The notes under the pieces: model-generated
What the model saw: only the letters and a program-made list of their open reading frames with translations
Databases searched by the model: none
What the model was told of the DNA's origin: nothing
Assembly (NCBI GenBank): GCA_964576265.1
Contig: CAZNVB010000150.1
Location: 1-58,599, forward strand
Direction: 5' to 3'
Length of the DNA stretch: 58,599 nt
Source of the DNA: an uncultured Eubacteriales bacterium
GTDB lineage: Bacteria > Acidobacteriota > Aminicenantia > Aminicenantales > UBA8522
Shown here: positions 17,524-25,435 of the stretch, piece after piece
Layout of the letters: each line of letters opens with the position of its first letter
Position numbering within the stretch: the stretch's first letter is position 1
Translations under genes and position numbers: made by a program

Positions 17524-19680
17524 ATGAGAAAATGGATTCTTCGGCGCCAGGGCCCGGTTGTCGTTCTCATTCTAGTCGCGGTTCTCGCCGGAGTTCTAAT
17601 TTTATTGAGACAAAAAGAGCCTGGAGCGGGAAGGGTCGCGCGGCGTCCCGGGGCCAACCTTCTCCTCATCACTCTTGACACGACCCGGCCCGACCGGATC
17701 GGGGCTTACGGCTATTCCCGGGCGGTCACGCCGGAAATCGACCGTCTGGCTCGGGCCGGCGTCCTCTTTGAAAACGCCTACTCGCCCGTTCCGCTGACGC
17801 TTCCCGCTCACGCCTCCATCCTCACGGGCACCTATCCTCTCTATCACGGTGTCCGGAATAACGGGAAATATCTTCTCGTTCCCCAGGCCGTGACCCTGGC
17901 CGAGATCCTCAAGGCAAAAGGATATGCCACGGCGGCTTTCGTCTCGTCGTTCATCCTCGATTCGCGATTCGGGCTCGACCAGGGTTTCGATTATTACGGC
18001 GACCGCACGGACGACGCCTCGACGATCAAGAACCTCGAATCCGAGCGCCGGGCCGATTCGGTCTACCGAGATTTTGAGCGCTGGTTTGAGGGACCGGGCC
18101 GGACACCCTTTTTCGTCTGGCTCCATTTTTTCGATCCCCATTTCCCTTATGATCCTCCCGAGCCGTTCAGGTCCGACCCCCGCCTTCCCGATCCCTATGA
18201 CGGCGAAATTGCCTTTATGGATCTCTATGTGGGGAAAGCCGTGCGCCTCCTCGAGGAAAGAGGCCTTCTGGATCGAACCGTCCTCATTCTGGCTGGAGAT
18301 CACGGCGAGGCCTTCGGCGAACACAAGGAAAACGGGCACACGATTTTTTGCTACGAAGAGAACATCCGCGTCCCGCTCGTTTTTTTCGGGCCGGATTTCT
18401 GGCCGCAGGGCCTCGCGATTTCCCCGCGCGTCGATCTGGTCGACATCCTGCCCACGGCTCTTGACCTTCTCGGAGTGAAAGCCCCCGGATTTGTCCAGGG
18501 ACGAAGCCTCATTCCGCTTGTCGAAGGCCGGCGTTTCCCGGAGAGAGACTTTTATTTTGAGAGTCTTTACTCCAGGGAAGTTCTCGGCTGCGCGCCTCTC
18601 CAGGGCCTTCTCTCCGGGCCTTTCAAATTCATCCGGCTGCCGAAGGCCGAGCTCTACGACCTGACCGCCGACCCGGCGGAAAGGAGCAATCTTGTCGATA
18701 AGCAGCCCGAGCGAGCCGCCAAAATGCTTGCCGCGCTGGCCAGGTTTGAAAAAGAGCACGCGGGAAACGAATGGCTTTCGGATCGCGCCCTGAGCGGGGA
18801 AGAAAAGAGGCGTCTGGAATCCCTCGGTTACCTTTCGGCGGCCGGGCGGCGGGGGCCACCTTCCTCTTTCGACCCCAAGGAGCGGATCGATTTCTGGAAC
18901 AGGTCGCGGCAGGCGAGCGAGCTTCGGGCCGAGAAGGAATTCGCCGCCGCCGAAAGCCTTCTCCTGGCGCTCTTTGAGGAAGACCCGCATTTTCATCCGG
19001 TGATCGAAGAACTGGGAGAGCTCTACTTTCAGCAAAACAAAATTCCGTCGCTGGTCGATTTTTTCGAGAAGGCGATCAGAATGAATCCCGATTCGAGCGG
19101 CTTGAGAATCGCCTACGGCCGTCACCTCATCCGCTCCGGTCTGGCCGAGCGAGCTCTCCCCGTGCTTGAAGAAGCGGAAAAGCTTGCCGGGCCGGACGAG
19201 ATGGAGCAGGTTCATTTCACCCTGGGAAACGCGTTCGGACAGCTCCGGCGTTACGAGGATGCGGCGCGGTCTTTGGAGAAGGTTCTCGACCTCGAGCCGG
19301 AAAACTCCGAGGCGGCGCGGCTCCTGGGGTTCACCTGGATGCAACTCGGCAGGTATGAAGAAGCCCTGGCGTCTTTCCGAAACGCCGAGAAAGGGATGCC
19401 GGAGAATCCGCGCCTGCTTGAAGACATGGCCGTGACTCTGGCCTCCCTCCGGAGATTCGAAGAGGCCATCCCTTATTTCGAGCGTGCGGTGAAGGCCGCC
19501 CCGGCCGCGGCGCTCTATGCGAATTATGCCCTGGCCTGCGCCGAGGTCGGAGATTACGAGCGTGCCGTCGCGTTGATGGAGACGGCGGTCGCGAGGGCCG
19601 ACGCCGATCCCGGCCTGAGAGCCCTCGGCCTGCGGCACCTCGCCGCCTGGCGCCGAAAGGGGTCAGGTCTCAACAATTGA
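17524..19680 (+). CDS. Sulfatase-like (alkaline-phosphatase superfamily) hydrolase/transferase fused to C-terminal TPR repeats
   Basis: N-terminal TM anchor. LLLITLDTTRPDRIGAYGY...TPEIDRLARAGVLFENAYSPVPLTLPAHASILTG is the sulfatase-fold metal/nucleophile region. The C-terminal ~250 aa are TPR-like (…EELGELYFQQNK…LGNAFGQLRRYEDAARSLEKVLDLEPENSEA…). Confidence 0.85.
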   Translation: MRKWILRRQGPVVVLILVAVLAGVLILLRQKEPGAGRVARRPGANLLLITLDTTRPDRIGAYGYSRAVTPEIDRLARAGVLFENAYSPVPLTLPAHASILTGTYPLYHGVRNNGKYLLVPQAVTLAEILKAKGYATAAFVSSFILDSRFGLDQGFDYYGDRTDDASTIKNLESERRADSVYRDFERWFEGPGRTPFFVWLHFFDPHFPYDPPEPFRSDPRLPDPYDGEIAFMDLYVGKAVRLLEERGLLDRTVLILAGDHGEAFGEHKENGHTIFCYEENIRVPLVFFGPDFWPQGLAISPRVDLVDILPTALDLLGVKAPGFVQGRSLIPLVEGRRFPERDFYFESLYSREVLGCAPLQGLLSGPFKFIRLPKAELYDLTADPAERSNLVDKQPERAAKMLAALARFEKEHAGNEWLSDRALSGEEKRRLESLGYLSAAGRRGPPSSFDPKERIDFWNRSRQASELRAEKEFAAAESLLLALFEEDPHFHPVIEELGELYFQQNKIPSLVDFFEKAIRMNPDSSGLRIAYGRHLIRSGLAERALPVLEEAEKLAGPDEMEQVHFTLGNAFGQLRRYEDAARSLEKVLDLEPENSEAARLLGFTWMQLGRYEEALASFRNAEKGMPENPRLLEDMAVTLASLRRFEEAIPYFERAVKAAPAAALYANYALACAEVGDYERAVALMETAVARADADPGLRALGLRHLAAWRRKGSGLNN

Positions 19681-19828
19681 CAAAATCACAGCCGAGACCG
19701 GGTTCGATTCTCCCGCTCAGACGCTGGCCTTGCAGCGGGAGCATCTGGGTTTCGCTTCTCCATTAAAATCATCGCGGTCTTCCTGAAATCATAAATTAAT
19801 TTCCGGGAGGTCTCCAAAAAGAGAGACG

Positions 19829-19864
19829 AAAAAAAAGCCGCCCCCCCGCGGGGGGGCGGCTTTT
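19829..19864. terminator. Bidirectional intrinsic terminator between convergent genes
   Basis: A8-GCCGCCCCCC-cgcg-GGGGGGCGGC-TTTT: a perfect 10-bp GC stem (19837-19846 / 19851-19860) with a 4-nt loop. It is flanked by an A-run and a T-run, and lies between the sulfatase-like stop (19680) and the TonB-receptor stop (19890). Confidence 0.85.
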
Positions 19865-19889
19865 GTGCTTCGACTCGAACTCGGGCTTT

Positions 19890-22800
19890 TTACCTGAAGC
19901 TGAAGCGGACTCCGAGCTGGAAGACTCTCGGTTTCATGACGTCTGTCGGCTGATCGGGCGTGGTCGGGACTTTGGACTCGTTGATCATCGTCGTGATCAT
20001 GTTGTCGGTGACGTTATAGCCGGTGATGTAGACGGTGCTCGTGACGTTGTCGCTGAACTTGAACGGCTTTTCCAGGGTCAGGTTCATGTACCAGAGGTTG
20101 GGCATGCGCCAATCGCCGTACCGGTCGGTTTTCGCCGGCAGGGACTGGCCGAGATAAGAAGTGACCCACTTGCCGTTGATCGGGTAGCCTTCCCGGGCAT
20201 CGAGGAAACCGGAGAGGTTGACTCCGAACGGAAGCTGGACCAGACCGGAGAGCTTGAAGTGCCAGCGGGCGTTCTGTCCGGGCTCGGTGCTTCGGTACTG
20301 GTAGGCCTGGTAGGGACGATCTTGATAGTAATCGAACAGCGTGGACATGCCGACCTCGCCTTTGTCGGCGTGGTACCTCCAGTCCTGAAGGTCGGCGGAA
20401 GCCTGGAACATCCAGCCGTGGCTGTATCTCTTCGTGAAGATGAACTGCACGCCCTTGAAATAGTTATAGGTGTTCCGGTAAGCGTCAAAGGCGTAGCCGC
20501 TCGGATTCGGGTATTTCGAGTCTCTCTGGTAGATGTCCCAGCCGGTCACGGGGTCGGTGCCGACCTTGATGCTTGTATCATTCGGCAGAAGAGTGACGCT
20601 GCTCGGAGAACCGGTGTAGGTTCCGACATAGCCGCGCTGCCATTGGAGGTTATAATTCTTCTTGTAGGCGAGCAGAACCTGGAAGCTCATGTCCTTGGCC
20701 AGCATCTTTTCGTAGCTGAGCATGATTTCCCTGACTTTTTCCGGAGTGTAGCTATCGAGCAGGAAATCTCTGGGATATAAGCCCGTGGCTTTGTTGCCCA
20801 GCGGATTGCCGGAGAAACTCACATACATCCATCCGGGATACGTCCAGGCGTTCCAGGGGACCTGGCCGACGCCATAAATCGCTTCCAGGGCGGTTTTCTC
20901 GGCTTGTGAAACCTGCTTCACCGTCTCGACATCAGCCGGGGTGGGCCAGCGGCCGAACCAGCTGAGGAAGAAGATCTCGTTGGTTCCCCAGTCAGGAACC
21001 CAGTTGTTGTTGTAGTCGATGAAGGGCATGTTGAACTCGCCGCGCGTGTTCCCCGGCTTGAAGTAGGCGCTGATCCGGATCCCGCTTTCGAACATTCCGC
21101 CATAATCGGCGTAATTCAGCTTGACGATGTCGCGGCCTTTTCCGGTGACGTCATAGCTCAGGGTGATTCTCGGGGAGAAAGTGGGGTCGACGGTCAGCCT
21201 TCCGCCCGCGACCTTGGTCTCGCCCGTCCACTGATCCCATTGACCGCCCGTAACATCTTGGTCGCCGGGCCTGAGAGCATGATAGGTCACAGGCTCCCAG
21301 GCAATGGCGTGCCAATCCAGGCGCGCTCCAAGATTGATGGTCAGGCGGCCATAGGTCATAACATCCTGGACATAGACACCCGTGCGCTCCGCTCGTTTCT
21401 CGCCGTACCTGTCGCAGTAAGTCCTGAACCGGCCCCAGTAGTTTCCGAACGGTCCCACGGAGGGGGCATTATTGGGGACCGAGGTGGACATCGACCAGGG
21501 AAGGACATCGACGAACACCTGATTTGGAGCCATGTACTCTTCAATAAATCGGGAGTAGTTCCGGTCGACTCCGACCTTAAACTCATGGTCTCCACCGATA
21601 AAGCTCTCGGCGAAATAGTTCGCTTCAAGAACCCAGTAAGGCCGTTTCTGAGCGTCGCCGTAATGCTGCCAGTGGCCGGTCGATTCCGTGTTATAGGGGG
21701 GAGACTTGAAATAGTTAAAGGTGTAGTATCTGCCGGGTGGATTGTAGGTCCGGCCCTCCTCGTAGCTGACATCCCCGGCGCCGGTCCACTTAAAGTTGGC
21801 CTGGTGAGTCTGCGTCTTTCCAGAAAAATAGGTTAATTTGGCGCTCAGCAGAAGCTTGTTCCAGAGGGTTTGAGTGGCCTGGGCTGTGTACGTATTATAG
21901 GGGTTGAGACGGTCGAGGTTGTTGGGAGAGTTGGAGAACCATTGGTCATTTAGGGCCACGCTGTCCGTGTGGGCGTATGAGACTTCGGCCGTGGTTTTTT
22001 TCCACTGGAAGCTGATTTTTCCGTACATATCAGGCTGATAGTAGCGACTGGTGGGAGCTCCATAATAGTTTTGGCTCATGGGATCGATGACCGCCCAGGA
22101 GCCGAAGAACCACAGATGGTCTCTTAAGATCGGCCCGCCGAGAGCCACCCCGTAGTCATAGGTTCTGTAAACGCCCGCTCGTGCCGTGTATCCAAGATAG
22201 GTCACGGCCGGATCGGCGCCCGTAGCGGGTTTCGGCCCCATGTTCGCCGGCAGCTTCTTATCCGACTGCAGGGCTTTTGCCATGTAGGCAAGGTAGGCTT
22301 CTCCGGCCAGGCGGTTTCCGCCGCGCTTGGTGACGAAGTTGACCGTGGCGCCGCCCTGCACATTGGAGATATCCTGGCCAGAAGTGACGACCTGGGTCTC
22401 TTCGACGCGAATCGTGTTGACTCCGGTCGGCATGCCGCTTGCGCCATAGGTCGACCGGAAGGACGCGCCGTCGAGGCTCCATTCACCGAGCTGGTGCCGG
22501 ACGCCGAAGCCGTGGATGACGCCCGTTCCCTGGCCCGCAATCTGAGGATGGGCGCTCAGCGTTCCGGGAGCGAGGTTGATGATCTCGGACGTTCTCCTCG
22601 CCACCGGCAGGGAGACGACGGTATCGCTCGTGAAGCTCGCTCCGACTTTTGCTTTCCGGGTGTCGATCAGAGGAACTTCACCGACGACCGTCACTTCCTC
22701 CTCGATCGCTCCGGGCTCCAAGGCGACATCGACACTGACCGTGCTCAGGATGTTCACCCGGATGCCGCTGCGAACAACGGTTTTGAACCCCTGGAGCTCG

Positions 22801-23036
22801 AACTTGAGATCGTAGTTTCCGGGAGGAAGTTTCCAGAATCTGTAGTTGCCCTCTTTCGTCGTAATGAAATCATTGCGACCGTAAGTCTGTCCCGTCAAGG
22901 TGACCGTTACTCCGGGAAGAGGCGAGCCGTCTTCGGCGAGAGTGACCTTGCCGATGATTTCGCCGGTGACTTCCTGGCCGTAACTGAGGAAGACAGAGAG
23001 GGCAATGAGTGCGAAGAATAAAGTCAGCCTTTTCAT
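19890..23036 (-). CDS. Oar-like TonB-dependent outer-membrane receptor with an N-terminal carboxypeptidase-regulatory-like (CarboxypepD_reg) domain
   Basis: After the signal peptide: EVTGEIIGKVTLAEDGSPLPGVTVTLTGQTYGRNDFITTKEGNYRFWKLPPGNYDLKFELQGFKT, then a plug-like segment and about 850 aa of beta-rich Y/G/N/W sequence. I chose ATG 23036, which has AAGGAGG 4 nt upstream. The track's TTG 23051 sits on top of that SD. Confidence 0.85.
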   Translation of the reverse strand: MKRLTLFFALIALSVFLSYGQEVTGEIIGKVTLAEDGSPLPGVTVTLTGQTYGRNDFITTKEGNYRFWKLPPGNYDLKFELQGFKTVVRSGIRVNILSTVSVDVALEPGAIEEEVTVVGEVPLIDTRKAKVGASFTSDTVVSLPVARRTSEIINLAPGTLSAHPQIAGQGTGVIHGFGVRHQLGEWSLDGASFRSTYGASGMPTGVNTIRVEETQVVTSGQDISNVQGGATVNFVTKRGGNRLAGEAYLAYMAKALQSDKKLPANMGPKPATGADPAVTYLGYTARAGVYRTYDYGVALGGPILRDHLWFFGSWAVIDPMSQNYYGAPTSRYYQPDMYGKISFQWKKTTAEVSYAHTDSVALNDQWFSNSPNNLDRLNPYNTYTAQATQTLWNKLLLSAKLTYFSGKTQTHQANFKWTGAGDVSYEEGRTYNPPGRYYTFNYFKSPPYNTESTGHWQHYGDAQKRPYWVLEANYFAESFIGGDHEFKVGVDRNYSRFIEEYMAPNQVFVDVLPWSMSTSVPNNAPSVGPFGNYWGRFRTYCDRYGEKRAERTGVYVQDVMTYGRLTINLGARLDWHAIAWEPVTYHALRPGDQDVTGGQWDQWTGETKVAGGRLTVDPTFSPRITLSYDVTGKGRDIVKLNYADYGGMFESGIRISAYFKPGNTRGEFNMPFIDYNNNWVPDWGTNEIFFLSWFGRWPTPADVETVKQVSQAEKTALEAIYGVGQVPWNAWTYPGWMYVSFSGNPLGNKATGLYPRDFLLDSYTPEKVREIMLSYEKMLAKDMSFQVLLAYKKNYNLQWQRGYVGTYTGSPSSVTLLPNDTSIKVGTDPVTGWDIYQRDSKYPNPSGYAFDAYRNTYNYFKGVQFIFTKRYSHGWMFQASADLQDWRYHADKGEVGMSTLFDYYQDRPYQAYQYRSTEPGQNARWHFKLSGLVQLPFGVNLSGFLDAREGYPINGKWVTSYLGQSLPAKTDRYGDWRMPNLWYMNLTLEKPFKFSDNVTSTVYITGYNVTDNMITTMINESKVPTTPDQPTDVMKPRVFQLGVRFSFR

Positions 23037-23047
23037 TAGACCTCCTT

Positions 23048-23107
23048 TCAAAAAACCCCGTCTGAAAAAGACCCTTGTAGCCTTAAGTTTGAGGACCTCC
23101 AGGGCAT
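23048..23107 (-). CDS. Candidate 19-codon leader ORF (MPWRSSNLRLQGSFSDGVF) in the 5' leader of the Oar-like receptor gene
   Basis: ATG 23107 is preceded by AAGGAGGTGA with 2 nt between. Its TGA stop (23050-23048) directly abuts the SD (23047-23041) of the receptor gene. No homology is claimed. Confidence 0.3.
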   Translation of the reverse strand: MPWRSSNLRLQGSFSDGVF

Positions 23108-23216
23108 TCTCACCTCCTTTGATGAATGATATTTTGGGCAGAAAACAGGGCCATAAGTAGAAAGAGGGCGGGAAAAAAATAAAAAATCAAAAATTCCGCC
23201 TCCCCGGGCAAAACAG

Positions 23217-23235
23217 TGTTCAAAATCATTGAACA
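23217..23235. promoter_or_regulatory. Perfect 7-5-7 inverted repeat TGTTCAA-aatca-TTGAACA (candidate operator)
   Basis: Read directly from the sequence. It lies in the 291-nt divergent region between the Oar-like receptor gene and the GWxTD gene. Confidence 0.35.
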
Positions 23236-23240
23236 GAATT

Positions 23241-23269
23241 CGTATATCATATCGGATATATGATGTCAA
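23241..23269 (-). promoter_or_regulatory. Promoter candidate TTGACA-17 nt-TATACG with a palindrome filling the spacer
   Basis: Minus strand: TTGACAtcatatatccgatatgaTATACG. The spacer contains the inverted repeat ATCATAT-cggat-ATATGAT (23246-23264). The -10 lacks the final T. Confidence 0.3.
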
Positions 23270-23296
23270 GTCTTATCGAAAATTTTATCTCCAGGC

Positions 23297-23336
23297 AAAA
23301 AGCGCGTTTGGAATATAGCGCTTTTTAAGATAAAAT
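23297..23336 (+). promoter_or_regulatory. Promoter candidate TTGGAA-17 nt-TAAAAT overlapped by a 9-bp inverted repeat; placed for a leaderless transcript
   Basis: The -35 is at 23308-23313 and the -10 at 23331-23336, and ATG 23343 follows only 6 nt later with no SD. AAAAAGCGC (23297-23305) and GCGCTTTTT (23318-23326) bracket the -35. Confidence 0.4.
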
Positions 23337-23342
23337 ACAAGT

Positions 23343-25415
23343 ATGAAAATCAGAACGACCATCGCCTCCTGCTGGCTAATTTTTTTCGCCCTCTTCAGTC
23401 CTGCGGTCGGGCAAAAAAAGCTCAAAGAATCGGATTTGCCCCCAAAATACCAGGATTGGCTCAACCTGGTCGCTTATATTATCCTTCCCCAGGAAAAGGA
23501 TGTTTTCCTTCAGCTCCAGGCCGATTTCGACCGGGATATTTTTGTCGAATCCTTCTGGCGCCAGCGAGACCCGACGCCGGGGACGCCGCAAAATGAATAC
23601 CGAGACGAAATCCAGAAGAGGTTCGATTATGTCAATAAAGAATTCGGCAAAGGCACCCCGCGGCCGGGCTGGATGACGGACCGGGGGCGCATCTACATGA
23701 TTCTGGGCGAGCCGCAGGGCCGGGAAAGAATCACTCTGCCCGAGCTTCAGCCGTGCGAGCTGTGGTCTTATTACGGCGATACGAGCAAAGGATTGCCGAC
23801 GTATTTCGGCTTGATCTTCTTCCGCCGGGAAGGGATCGGGGAATACACGCTTTACAGCCCGGTGGCGGACGGACCGAAGAGCCTGATTATCTATGCCCCC
23901 AACATCGGCCTCAATCCCGACAGCCGCCTGGACGTCGTCCAGTATATCCGGGAGCTCGCTCCGAACCTGGCTCCATATACCCTTTCCATCACTCCTCAGG
24001 ATCATACGCTCAACATGGATCCCTCGGTTCATTCAGAGATCCAGCTGGCTCAGATTCTCGAGTCGCCGCGCAAAAGCGTCAACCCCGCCTATGCGACTCA
24101 TTTCCTGAATTACAAGGGCATCGTCAGCACGGAATATCTGACCAATTACGTCGATTGCGAGGCCACGGTGGCTGTCGTTCGAGATCCGGTCGAGCAGATT
24201 CCTTTCGTCCATTTCTCCGTGGCTCCGAAATCGATCTCCATCGACTATTACGAGGCGGGAAATCAGTATTATTGCAACTATGCCGTCGATGTCAGCCTGA
24301 AAAAGGGTGAGACGTTCATCTATCAATCGTCCAAAGATTTCAGCTATTATTTCCCGCCCGCGGAAAGCGATCTGGTCGCCGCAAACGGCATCGTCATCCA
24401 GGACAGCTTCCCCGTTATCGAAGGAAAATACCGCCTGACCGTGCTTCTCCGGAATTCGGTGGGAAAAGAATTCAGCCTACTGGAAAGAGATGTCGCTATC
24501 GACAGCGTCCCTTCGACTCGGCTCGGGGCTGTTCTGGTGGGGTATAAAACAGAGATCGTCCGGGACGACAGCCTGGCGGCTTTCAGGGTTGGAGAGCAAC
24601 GAATTCTGACCGATCCCAAGAACACGTTCACTTCGGCGGAGACGATCGTCTTTCTCCACCAGGTGGAAAACCTGACCAAGGATATCTGGGAAAACGGTGA
24701 AATCCGGCTCACGGTCAGGGGGCTGAGAGAAATGTCTCCGTCGGTAAAAACTCTGACTTTGCCGCTCAGGGGACAGCCTTTTCGGCGGACGTTGACTCTC
24801 GCCTTCTCTCTGCTGGCATCCGAACTCTCTCCGGATTACTATGAGTCGGCACTCAGCTTAAGGCAGGGTGAACAGGTCATCGACGAGAAAAGGACGAATT
24901 TCATCATTTCGGCATCGACCGCTCTGGCCCGGCCGATCATCTTAACGAAGGCTCAGCAGCGCGCCCGTCTTCATTTCCTGTACCTTGAGCTCGCCGGCCA
25001 GGCCGAAAAGGCCGGAGACGGAACCGCCGCCGAGGGCTACTTCCGGCGGGCGATGAGCCTTGCTCCCGATGATCCTGAGGTCGCGGCTTATTACTGCGGC
25101 TTTCTGATGCGTTCGAAAAAATTCGCCGAGGCCCTGGAGCATATCGAAAAGGTCAAGGCGGACCCGACTCTTCAGTTTGATTATTTTCTCATCAAAGGCA
25201 AAGCGCTCCGCGAGCTCGGCCGCTGCGAGGAGGCGATTCCGCTGCTTCTCGAAGGGAACAAAATCTATAACAGCGATACGCGGCTGCTCAACGCTCTCGG
25301 CTATTGCTATTACAAGACGGGCCAAAACACCCGCGCCCGCGAAGCCCTGAACGCCTCGCTCCGTCTCAACCCCGATCAGGAAGAGATCAAGAAGCTCCTC
25401 GCCGAAATCAAATAG
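23343..25415 (+). CDS. GWxTD-domain protein with C-terminal TPR repeats
   Basis: It has a signal peptide. FWRQRDPTPGTPQNEYRDEIQKRFDYVNKEFGKGTPRPGWMTDRGRIYMILGEP contains the eponymous GWxTD motif (GWMTD, nt 23667-23681). The C-terminus is TPR-like (…AEGYFRRAMSLAPDDPEVAAYY…LNALGYCYYKTGQNTRAREALNASLRLNPD). Confidence 0.85.
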   Translation: MKIRTTIASCWLIFFALFSPAVGQKKLKESDLPPKYQDWLNLVAYIILPQEKDVFLQLQADFDRDIFVESFWRQRDPTPGTPQNEYRDEIQKRFDYVNKEFGKGTPRPGWMTDRGRIYMILGEPQGRERITLPELQPCELWSYYGDTSKGLPTYFGLIFFRREGIGEYTLYSPVADGPKSLIIYAPNIGLNPDSRLDVVQYIRELAPNLAPYTLSITPQDHTLNMDPSVHSEIQLAQILESPRKSVNPAYATHFLNYKGIVSTEYLTNYVDCEATVAVVRDPVEQIPFVHFSVAPKSISIDYYEAGNQYYCNYAVDVSLKKGETFIYQSSKDFSYYFPPAESDLVAANGIVIQDSFPVIEGKYRLTVLLRNSVGKEFSLLERDVAIDSVPSTRLGAVLVGYKTEIVRDDSLAAFRVGEQRILTDPKNTFTSAETIVFLHQVENLTKDIWENGEIRLTVRGLREMSPSVKTLTLPLRGQPFRRTLTLAFSLLASELSPDYYESALSLRQGEQVIDEKRTNFIISASTALARPIILTKAQQRARLHFLYLELAGQAEKAGDGTAAEGYFRRAMSLAPDDPEVAAYYCGFLMRSKKFAEALEHIEKVKADPTLQFDYFLIKGKALRELGRCEEAIPLLLEGNKIYNSDTRLLNALGYCYYKTGQNTRAREALNASLRLNPDQEEIKKLLAEIK

Positions 25416-25435
25416 GGGGAAGGGATCTTTTTCGC

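Noticed and set aside
19699-19741. tRNA-like T-loop motif GGGTTCGATTC (19699-19710) followed by the hairpin CTCCCGCT-N16-AGCGGGAG (19710-19741). I considered a tRNA gene or a tRNA-3'-end att remnant of an integrated element.
   Set aside because: The flanking bases do not form a 5-bp T-stem (CCGGG vs CTCCC). No acceptor-stem complement exists upstream (that region is the sulfatase-like CDS). No integrase or direct repeat copy is present in the window.
23048-23269. 73-aa ORF spanning the Oar-like receptor leader.
   Set aside because: Its upstream two-thirds runs through the promoter and palindrome region with no SD. Only the last 19 codons, which have a strong SD, are kept as a candidate leader ORF.
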